Assembly (NCBI GenBank): GCA_015523565.1
Contig: WAKA01000031.1
Span: forward strand, 1 to 20,511
Direction of reading: 5' to 3'
Source of the DNA: Candidatus Heimdallarchaeota archaeon
Lineage (GTDB): Archaea; Asgardarchaeota; Heimdallarchaeia; Heimdallarchaeales; Kariarchaeaceae
Length of the DNA stretch: 20,511 nt
Below, piece by piece: positions 1 through 7,101 of the stretch. The notes under the pieces are model-generated. The model saw nothing but the letters and a program-made list of their open reading frames with translations, was not told the origin of the DNA and did not search any database. Made by a program: the position numbers and the translations under genes. The stretch's first letter is position 1. Every line of letters begins with the position of its first letter.

Positions 1-17
1 ATGTGTATAAGAGACAG
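1..17 (+). other. Nextera/Tn5 mosaic-end adapter remnant (sequencing artefact)
   Basis: ATGTGTATAAGAGACAG is the last 17 nt of the 19-nt Tn5 mosaic end AGATGTGTATAAGAGACAG and sits at the extreme end of the window. Confidence 0.97.
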
Positions 18-355
18 ATATTATCAATATTGTGGACTTTGCTCCAAAGAACCAAACCGATTGAACTGAAAGTAAAATAAATAAATATAATAAAAATAGT
101 GTTTGAATAGTAGAAATTAGCATGTTCTTTTGAATTCGAAATAAACCTCATTAAACTAATTGATAATCCAACTTCAACTGGAAAGCCAATAATTATAATA
201 TAATTAAACATAGTGTAAAATGTAGCCAAAACATTCAGATTAAAAAAATAACCCACTAACAAAGGAAGTACAATTTTAAAAAAAGCGTTAAAAAGTGAGA
301 TTGTAGAAATATAAACAATCGATTTTACGAAAAATAAATTTCTATCCTTGCGCAC
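18..355 (-). CDS. Oligosaccharide flippase (Wzx/RfbX, MOP superfamily), 5' portion only, truncated by the contig end
   Basis: Manual translation from GTG at 355 is open to the adapter: (M)RKDRNLFFVKSIVYISTISLFNAFFKIVLPLLVGYFFNLNVLATFYTMFNYIIIIGFPVEVGLSISLMRFISNSKEHANFYYSNTIFIIFIYFTFSSIGLVLWSKVHNIDN. The TM1 'lPll' segment and 'evGLsisLmRfIs' fit the Wzx N-terminal pattern. An in-frame TGA lies a few codons upstream. Not in the ORF track because it has no stop codon inside the window. Confidence 0.75.
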
Positions 356-1069
356 ATATGAAATAATTTTATTTAATAGAAAATTCTTTCAATAGAAACA
401 TGAAAAATTAAGAAAGTTTTTTGTGATTATTATGTTTAGAGTAATTTACAATTTACCAAATAAAATTTAAATATCAAGAATTACCTATTTTTAATAAAAG
501 CCCAATCTTTATATAATCATTTTTTAAAGTGGCAATTATGACAGGAATCTAACTAAAGCAGATATAATTCGTTGATAAATATTAGTCATATGAAGGTATG
601 ATAAGAAGGAAAGATAATAAAAGACGAAAATAATCCGAGATTCATAAAAACCTGATATGTTGTAGTATCATTGATGCCGTACCTGTAGAGGTGTTTAAGT
701 GTTTTTTGGGGAGAATGGCAATAAATGGAAAAATTGTTTACACTAGTGTCCAATATTTTTTGAAATTATTTCTTGAATTACCCTGATAAACAAGTTTCTA
801 TGGAACAGGATACAAGGGCTTTAGATTATCTTTGTCGTATGAGGCAGAGGTTAAGTTTTCATGTTCAATAGGTTGTTCAAGATCATTTTTGCGAGTGATT
901 CCTTGTTGGTATACCGTTCGAAGTTGTATAGTATAAGGAGACTGACTTGACATACTTGTATAGAACGAGCATTTTCTCAGATGAGTACCCCATTTGGGGA
1001 GATAAGGGGTTGCTGGAGCACTACTTTTGATTGATGGAGCATTGCCACATGGAATTGTGGGTGCATGGA

Positions 1070-1396
1070 AAAGTTGGAAAAGAGATGATATGTGGAAAGA
1101 TGGGAGGCTAGACCGTGGACAAGCTGGATAGGGAGGAGAGACGCGAGATGAGAATCTTGGAGGGAAAGATGGATTGGGTGGAAGGCAAAAGGAGGTGAGA
1201 AAGCAAAAGGCAAACGGTATGCAAAACGGAAGGGCAAGCGAGATGAAGAAAGGTGGATAGGAAAACTGGAAAGGAAGAATGGATTTTGAAAGTAAAGGGA
1301 AGTTGGATAGGGAAAAGAACAATCCAGATGGGGAACTGAGAGAAATATGAAAAGGAAAACTGGAAGGCAAGGTGGAATAGGAAACTGGAGAAAAAA
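1070..1396 (+). repeat. Purine-rich low-complexity intergenic tract with short dispersed repeats
   Basis: Strong A/G bias on the + strand. TGGATAGG at 1125, 1254 and 1304; AGGAAAACTGGAA at 1259 and 1353; GCGAGATGA at 1143 and 1238. Confidence 0.6.
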
Positions 1397-1402
1397 GTGT
1401 AG

Positions 1403-1428
1403 TTTTTTTCATGAAAAAAAATTTTAGT
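1403..1428 (+). promoter_or_regulatory. 18-bp palindrome abutting a TATA-like box
   Basis: TTTTTTTCATGAAAAAAA (1403-1420) is a perfect palindrome. ATTTTAGT (1421-1428) lies 22-29 nt upstream of ATG 1450. Confidence 0.45.
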
Positions 1429-1449
1429 GGGGAATGCCAAGCGGTATCA

Positions 1450-1815
1450 ATGTTTCAGGAGGACAAGGTCAAGCAGGTTGAGGATGAGTTTTCCAAGTTG
1501 GTCATCAGTCCTCAGCAAAAGCGGCAAGTCTATGCGATCAGCAAGCTGTTGGCGCAGAAGATCCCAATTTCGGAACTGGCATTGCGGGGGTTCATCTGGA
1601 AGGCGATAGTGAAGTTCCAGAGGGAGGACAAGGTATTTTTTGCTGAAGGAGAGCATTTCACGCCAGAGGAGCGGATCAGGAACACATACAAAATTGCGAA
1701 GCATGTGCAGGACAACTTGGTCAAGATACTGAGGCGGAACACAGATGCGCATCTCATTGAGGAGGCAATGGAGGAGGCGATGGAATTTTACAAGAAGAAC
1801 TTTGCGTTTCGATGA
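1450..1815 (+). CDS. Hypothetical soluble alpha-helical protein (121 aa)
   Basis: Protein-like charged, amphipathic composition (MFQEDKVKQVEDEF...AMEFYKKNFAFR). ATG 1450 is preferred over 1411 because of TATA-like spacing. A T-rich tract follows the stop. Confidence 0.8.
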   Translation: MFQEDKVKQVEDEFSKLVISPQQKRQVYAISKLLAQKIPISELALRGFIWKAIVKFQREDKVFFAEGEHFTPEERIRNTYKIAKHVQDNLVKILRRNTDAHLIEEAMEEAMEFYKKNFAFR

Positions 1816-1830
1816 TTGCCAGGGATCAGC

Positions 1831-1842
1831 ATTTTTGTTTTT
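1831..1842 (+). terminator. Oligo-T archaeal terminator-like tract
   Basis: ATTTTTGTTTTT about 16 nt after the stop codon at 1815. Confidence 0.4.
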
Positions 1843-2069
1843 AGGTGGCATATTCTTTTGATGGCTTTGGTAGTATCCTACAGAAGTTGGTTTCTGAAGG
1901 AAATGGCAAGTGGAGTTGTCAGGGGATTGGGGTGCAAGATGGGGCTTGCTGTGAAGTCGTTATAAAAATGGATGGCATGCAATCGGCGGGGAAATTTGTC
2001 ATGGGGAAAATGCGAAATGAACAATGTTCAAAAGATTGGCGATAAAAAATGTGTGAGAAAACGGACAGG

Positions 2070-2111
2070 TTTATAAGGTGGGAAAAACGGAATGGGTTAC
2101 CTATTAGGTGA
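2070..2111 (+). promoter_or_regulatory. TATA box and Shine-Dalgarno site for the surface protein gene
   Basis: TTTATAAG at 2070-2077 with purine-rich sequence upstream; GGTGA at 2107-2111, 5 nt before ATG 2117. Confidence 0.55.
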
Positions 2112-2116
2112 GAGAA

Positions 2117-3049
2117 ATGAAAAAAAGGATAACATTGCTATCGTCGTTTATAGTTGCTGCAATGCTTCTGAATTCGTCTATCGGGCTTGCAGCGATGCCG
2201 CACACATTGAAGGTTGGGGACACATTCACGTTCTCGATCACAGATCTTGCCTTCAAGAACCAGGTGAACGGAACCGAGTATGACACTACGAACCCCCCCT
2301 TCAAGGCAGGGGACACTGTTGATGTCACGATCGACAATATAGGCAGTGCGACAGTGGATGCGGGTCTTACACAGAGTGAGACCACCTACTTCAACATCAC
2401 GGAGAAGGTTGGCGGCAATGAGTACAAATCATCGACTGTACTTGATGAATGGATGAGCATTTATTTGGTGTTTACACTTTTATTGGCTTTCAGTACCTTT
2501 TCCTTGATAACATATCCAGAAACAGGGTATTTTGGACCACCAAGCAATGAGACGTCTGGTGAGACAGGGAGCACCTTCAATGGGACGGGGTTACCATATT
2601 TTGCTACCTCAAACGAGAGCTACTATGAGAAAGCGGAAGGCATGTTCAATGACACACAGGTTAACCTTGGTGACCAGAGCTTTGATGAGTTCACCACGGC
2701 AAGCTCCGCAAAGTACGACAAGGATGCGAAGGAATTCACTGCAAAGCTGGACGTTGGTATCAAGGACCAGAACCAAACCTCTTCAGGAGAGGCGGCAAGC
2801 CTTGAGATTGCATTGAATTTTTATTTGACCGTTGATGTTGCGAGAAGTCTTGTGACATACATGTATGCGAACTACCTGTTCAGCATGAGCATAGGCTCTG
2901 CATCCACCTTGACCCAGATGACATTTGGCTTCAAGGAAGGGACGCAAGGAGGTGGAGGTGTTGGTGGCTCATCAGTTCCTGCACCCTCAATCTTTTTGGT
3001 GTTCAGTGCATTGGTCGCCATAGGAGTTATTCAAAGGCGAAGGAAATAG
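2117..3049 (+). CDS. Secreted, C-terminally anchored cell-surface glycoprotein (PGF-CTERM/Asgard CTERM-like tail)
   Basis: Signal peptide MKKRITLLSSFIVAAMLL; acidic Thr-rich beta-type body; sequons NGT, NIT, NET, NGT, NES, NDT, NQT; Gly linker, then VPAPSIFLVFSALVAIGVIQRRRK (Pro motif, TM helix, basic stop). Confidence 0.88.
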   Translation: MKKRITLLSSFIVAAMLLNSSIGLAAMPHTLKVGDTFTFSITDLAFKNQVNGTEYDTTNPPFKAGDTVDVTIDNIGSATVDAGLTQSETTYFNITEKVGGNEYKSSTVLDEWMSIYLVFTLLLAFSTFSLITYPETGYFGPPSNETSGETGSTFNGTGLPYFATSNESYYEKAEGMFNDTQVNLGDQSFDEFTTASSAKYDKDAKEFTAKLDVGIKDQNQTSSGEAASLEIALNFYLTVDVARSLVTYMYANYLFSMSIGSASTLTQMTFGFKEGTQGGGGVGGSSVPAPSIFLVFSALVAIGVIQRRRK

Positions 3050-3241
3050 GGACAAAAATTCTCATTGAGCATTGTATTGTTCATGCGGATCGAAAAGATT
3101 GGATTTTCATTGGGCATTGTAATATCTAATTTTATTCATGTAGACCGAAAACCATCAGAATCAAGGCATTCGACCATATCAAATGAGTTATTTCGTTACA
3201 TACCCTCAATGACTTGCTTCATTGCACAACCAGTAAAATGG

Positions 3242-3496
3242 TCAATCGGACAGTTTTCGCAGACCGTCGTAGAAGGATCCGGAAAAGAGCTCGAAAAGCT
3301 GTTGGGTTCCTTGGAAATATTCCTTTCCGTTCTTGTTTATCCTTTCTGCGAGCCCGTCAGCCACCATCCTGTCCATGAGTTTCCTGAGGGGGTGATAGCC
3401 CACCTTGACCTTGTTCCTGATGGAATAGAATGTTTGTGGACCTAGAAGCAACAGCTCATAGACATGGAGCAGGATGATGAAGGAGTTTCGTTTCAT
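3242..3496 (-). CDS. Small winged helix-turn-helix protein (archaeal ArnR1/HTH_45-like)
   Basis: MKRNSFIILLHVYELL...GPQTFYSIRNKVKVGYHPLRKLMDRMVADGLAERINKNGKEYFQGT fits three helices plus a GL-x-E...Y-x-x-T wing. It starts 3 nt after the upstream stop. Confidence 0.75.
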   Translation of the reverse strand: MKRNSFIILLHVYELLLLGPQTFYSIRNKVKVGYHPLRKLMDRMVADGLAERINKNGKEYFQGTQQLFELFSGSFYDGLRKLSD

Positions 3497-3499
3497 ATC

Positions 3500-4609
3500 C
3501 TATTCCCCGTCAAGGAGGGAGAGGTATTGTTGGTTCAATCTTTTGAACTGTTCAATGGCGCCCTCTAGTTTTGAGAGGGTTGATGACATGAGGAACTGGG
3601 ATCGTTCAGACCGTTCGACAGTAAACAGGACAGCGATAGAGGAAATCGCGATGGGGGTGAGCCATGCAAGGAATTCAAGGGGTGATGCAAATGGGTCGGG
3701 ATCGATATTCAGGAATATTATGATTGCGATGTAAAGGACAACCCCCAATGCCAGTCCAGACCATTGGATGATTCGTTGGTTGGCGCTTATTTGGTAAAGG
3801 AGTTTGGGCAGTCCAGCGATGATGGATCCGAAGGTGGGGTCTGTTTCCTCAAGGGCAGGTTCAAATGTTTTTTCTAGTTTTGCGTATCGTTGGATTGCGG
3901 CATTGGTTTTTTCCATGGAGTTCAGGATTGCAACTAGGCCGAGGGAAATGAAATATGCAAAAAACACGAGCAACGTAAGATCATAGGTGGACCTTGTATC
4001 AGATAAGGAGATGTAAAAGAGGGTTCCAAGGAGGACAATCATTGGAAAGGTCATGACAGAGCGGGAGGCAATGGCATAGTAGGGTGAAAGGGAAATGGAT
4101 TTTTTTATTTTGAGGATGATCAGGCAGAAGCGGAAAATGTCAGTAAGGGTGAAAAGGGTCAGGATGATGGCGGCAAGGTATGTGTTATGGGCAATGAGAA
4201 AGAAATAGGATCCAATGACTGCAAAGAGCTGTGCCATGATGAGAAGGATAGAGAAGATGTCATTCTCATTGGGGAGCAGTCCATGCCTGCGTATGGTCTT
4301 TTCAAGTTTCAACCGTGAGGAGAAAGGGCATTGCTTTCCATTTTCCTCCAGCTTGATTTTCTTGTTGTTGTCAATAATGGAAAGACCGCTATAGATGATG
4401 ATGAATGATGTAGCCAATGGGAAGGTTTCGCCAAGCCCGTCATTCCTAGAGAAAATGTCTTGGATGAAAAAAGCGGCATACATGAGAACGATAAGTATCC
4501 TGAATATTGGCTCATATTTCATGCCATGGTGGTAATAATTGCTGAAGAGGAGATAATCTGAAAATGTTTCCAGTGGTTCGGAAGATGGGAGGAAAGTGGG
4601 TTCAGTCAT
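3500..4609 (-). CDS. Hypothetical polytopic membrane protein, about 8 TM helices in 4 pairs
   Basis: About 369-aa ORF with four pairs of hydrophobic segments separated by charged helices. TTAATAAA (minus strand, 4632-4639) lies 23-30 nt upstream of ATG 4609. Confidence 0.82.
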   Translation of the reverse strand: MTEPTFLPSSEPLETFSDYLLFSNYYHHGMKYEPIFRILIVLMYAAFFIQDIFSRNDGLGETFPLATSFIIIYSGLSIIDNNKKIKLEENGKQCPFSSRLKLEKTIRRHGLLPNENDIFSILLIMAQLFAVIGSYFFLIAHNTYLAAIILTLFTLTDIFRFCLIILKIKKSISLSPYYAIASRSVMTFPMIVLLGTLFYISLSDTRSTYDLTLLVFFAYFISLGLVAILNSMEKTNAAIQRYAKLEKTFEPALEETDPTFGSIIAGLPKLLYQISANQRIIQWSGLALGVVLYIAIIIFLNIDPDPFASPLEFLAWLTPIAISSIAVLFTVERSERSQFLMSSTLSKLEGAIEQFKRLNQQYLSLLDGE

Positions 4610-4726
4610 CAAATAAAACAGTGGATTGATTTTTATTAAGCATTGAAGTAATTTTGTTACTTGCTGGCATGTGCATGGAAGAAAGGATTGGCTAGCGGAG
4701 GGGGAGTTGGGTTCGGAACACCACCC

Positions 4727-4958
4727 AAAGGAGGCGCCGCATAACAGGGTGCAGGGCGCTTTTATTTAATCAAACAAAAGGTCATAGGGAACCTATAAAA
4801 GGCGCCCCATGTTGAAGGATGTGGCGCACCCCCCACCGTCACGACAAAACGCCATGACAACACAGTAAGGCGCCACATGAAGATGTTGAAGCGCCACTAG
4901 ATTCGAGGCAAAATATCAACCGCCCCACAAAAGCGCCACGAGACACATAAGGCGCCTT
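4727..4958. repeat. Degenerate ~22-bp periodic array, consensus approximately AAAGGCGCCNCAT
   Basis: CGC cores at 4735, 4757, 4803, 4825, 4850, 4871, 4892, 4921, 4934 and 4953, plus a decayed copy AAAAGGTCAT near 4776-4785. Exact GGCGCC at 4733, 4801, 4869 and 4951. Confidence 0.8.
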
Positions 4959-5020
4959 GACCTTGCGACTGGGCATCATTGTCTAGGATAATGATTTTAA
5001 GCATGAAGACAAAAGATGGA

Positions 5021-6085
5021 ATGATGGCACAAGGTATTGCATTGATTATTGGGGGTGCATTGTATTTTGTTTCGGGAATACTCATCTATTTCAAGGGGCG
5101 GGAAAACAAGTTTGACAAGGGATTGATTTGGATTGCCTTTGCCATATCACACGGGATTGATGAGATTGCAGACGGCGCCAACACATATTTCAATGTGCAG
5201 GGACAAATGCATCTTTTCCTTGAGAAGGTGGAGGTGACGACATTCATTCTTGCTGGCACCTTTCTACTTACGGGGTTTTCAGCCAAGGTTTTGAAAAGGA
5301 ATCCAAGGGATGTCTTGCAGGTGAGCGGCATAATAACCGCGCCTTTGGTGTTGTTGGTCTTTTTGGCAGGTGAATCATTGATTGATGCAATCAAAGGGGC
5401 GGGGGTCAGTTTCAGCGGCATTTTCATCTCATATTTCACGATGATTTATGGCACCTTCGCCACCATTTCGTTTGCAGTAATCATAATCATGCAGGTGTTT
5501 ACGGTTCAGTCGAAATGGAAGTACTTGAGTGACCCGATCAAGCGGAAGGTTTTCTTTGTTGTATTTGAAGGGTTCATGCTGTTGATCTATACAGCCAGTG
5601 AGATACTTGTCCCTTTGAATGAATTGTTCGTCATTCCAGAGGTGCTTGCTATTTTTGTTGTGTTGATTGCCCCCCAAGAGATCATGCTTTCAGAAAACGA
5701 CAAGATCCAGCTTTACATGGCATATGAGGACACGGGTCTGCCGATAGTGACAGTCAAGCTGAACACGACCATTCCCAATGACCTTCTTGACTTGGTCACG
5801 GGATTTCTTTCTGCAATAAACGTGATGGCATCGTCAGAGCTGGAGATGGGGAATTTGGATCAAATCTCCACGGAACAGGGGTATATCCTTTCGGAGAAGC
5901 GGGACAACATATTGTTTGCCATGCTTGTCGATGAGGTCAATACACAGATAAAAGAGACATTTGAGAACATCAACAGCCAAGTTTACGAGATCATAAACAG
6001 CAAACAATACAATGCGGGGGCAATTGACATGGATATTGTCAGCGAGATGGAGGAAAAGATATTCGAGCACATTGTTCCAAGCTGA
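5021..6085 (+). CDS. 7TM membrane protein with C-terminal longin/roadblock-like domain
   Basis: Seven hydrophobic segments including FAISHGIDE. The soluble tail from about 5699 (IQLYMAYEDTGLPIV...DLVTGFLSAINVMASSELEMGNLDQISTEQGYILSEKRDNILFAMLVD) shows the beta-beta-alpha-beta-beta-beta-alpha-alpha longin order. TTTTAAGC at 4995-5002 favours ATG 5021 or 5024 as the start. Confidence 0.8.
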   Translation: MMAQGIALIIGGALYFVSGILIYFKGRENKFDKGLIWIAFAISHGIDEIADGANTYFNVQGQMHLFLEKVEVTTFILAGTFLLTGFSAKVLKRNPRDVLQVSGIITAPLVLLVFLAGESLIDAIKGAGVSFSGIFISYFTMIYGTFATISFAVIIIMQVFTVQSKWKYLSDPIKRKVFFVVFEGFMLLIYTASEILVPLNELFVIPEVLAIFVVLIAPQEIMLSENDKIQLYMAYEDTGLPIVTVKLNTTIPNDLLDLVTGFLSAINVMASSELEMGNLDQISTEQGYILSEKRDNILFAMLVDEVNTQIKETFENINSQVYEIINSKQYNAGAIDMDIVSEMEEKIFEHIVPS

Positions 6086-6166
6086 GCGGTAAAATCATGT
6101 TTCAAGTTGAGTGGAGGAAACAAGAAATTATCCATGCTGAATGGAGAAAAAGATGAAATGTTATTG

Positions 6167-6275
6167 CAAGATAGGCAGGATAACAAGATAGGGATAAAGG
6201 GTTAGGTGACATAAAGGACAAGTTTGGATAAGGGTTAGATGGAGTAAAGGGTTAGGTGGGATAAAGGGTTAAATT
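6167..6275 (+). repeat. 17-bp degenerate tandem repeat (GGATAAAGGGTTAGGTG)
   Basis: Units at 6192, 6209 (decayed), 6226 (16 bp), 6242 and 6259. CAAGATAGG at 6167 and 6184 continues the 17-bp period. Confidence 0.85.
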
Positions 6276-7093
6276 AGGTGAAGACCGCTTGTTTTGGAAT
6301 GTTTTTCAACTTTTTTCAGCAACAGAAGGGAGACGAGAATATAGAAGGGAACGGAGAATATCAAGATAAGCCATTCCCAAAGCACAGGGAGGAGTGTTGG
6401 CCAATTTCCTTGGAAGGTGTAATATCGGGTCAAGTCATATGCGAATGTTTGGGGAAACAGGAAGGCAAAAATCTTGACTGTGTTGGGGAAGGATTGAACA
6501 GGGATGAACGCCCCTGCAATGAATTGGAAGAGCATTCCGAGGATTTGTACGATGCCTGATGTCTCTTTCCAGAGAATTGCGCTTAATGCGACAATGATGC
6601 CTACACCTATTAGGGACAGGGCGGTGAGGAAAACAACGAGCAAGAGCAATCCGATTTCTTTTTGGAGTTCGCCAAAGTAAATGACAAGAGCCAACATTGG
6701 CGCCAAGAAGAGAACGCGTTGGAGGGCGGCGGCGGCGACAGTTCCTGAGAAGTAGGCGTATCGTGAGAACGGGGTTGAGTACAGGTATTCCAGCGTGCCA
6801 TTGTAAAGGTCATTCGTTACAGTGTTCAGGGGCACCCAAAGTGCGACATCAATCATGATTACTAGAAGAATTCCTGAGATAAAGAACAGGAAGACGCTGT
6901 TGGCTCTGGCAGTTCCTTCTATGGATGTGAGTGTCCTGAATGACAGGGCATTCCCGAAGATGTAGAATGCAAAGACCATAAGGGCGACTTGGTAGAAGGC
7001 GCCGATGAAATTAGCCCGATACCTGATGAATATGCGGAATTCCTTGAGGATTGTTGCAGTAAAAACTGTCAGGGCGGATGGTTGTCTCATCAC
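6269..7093 (-). CDS. ABC-2 type exporter permease
   Basis: Six TM helices; KEFRIFIRYR N-terminus, DLYNGTLEYLYSTP and AGAFIPVQSFP motifs. GAGGTGA RBS at 7097-7103; start is GTG 7093 or ATG 7090. Confidence 0.93.
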   Translation of the reverse strand: MMRQPSALTVFTATILKEFRIFIRYRANFIGAFYQVALMVFAFYIFGNALSFRTLTSIEGTARANSVFLFFISGILLVIMIDVALWVPLNTVTNDLYNGTLEYLYSTPFSRYAYFSGTVAAAALQRVLFLAPMLALVIYFGELQKEIGLLLLVVFLTALSLIGVGIIVALSAILWKETSGIVQILGMLFQFIAGAFIPVQSFPNTVKIFAFLFPQTFAYDLTRYYTFQGNWPTLLPVLWEWLILIFSVPFYILVSLLLLKKVEKHSKTSGLHLI

Positions 7094-7101
7094 ATGTCAC
7101 C

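Noticed and set aside
1-17. Natural IS50/Tn5 transposon end
   Set aside because: It is the engineered mosaic-end sequence at the contig terminus, and no transposase is present.
798-1440. Minus-strand ORFs 798-1412, 977-1237 and 1108-1440
   Set aside because: Their F/S/P/L-rich translations are a by-product of the purine-skewed tract. A short ORF at 798-953 cannot be excluded but has no support.
4567-4590. ORB-like TTCCAGTGG (replication origin)
   Set aside because: It is a single partial match inside a CDS, and no orc1/cdc6 gene is present in the window.
4727-4958. CRISPR array (68-bp period resembles repeat plus spacer)
   Set aside because: The conserved part is only about 7-11 bp, there is a ~22-bp sub-period with inverted copies, and no cas genes are present in the window.
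4690-4960. tRNA, SRP RNA or RNase P RNA in the GC-rich intergenic block
   Set aside because: No cloverleaf with a proper T-arm, and no SRP helix-8 or RNase P P4 consensus found by eye on either strand.
5021-5700. Microbial rhodopsin
   Set aside because: There is no retinal-binding Lys or DxxxK-type motif in TM7.
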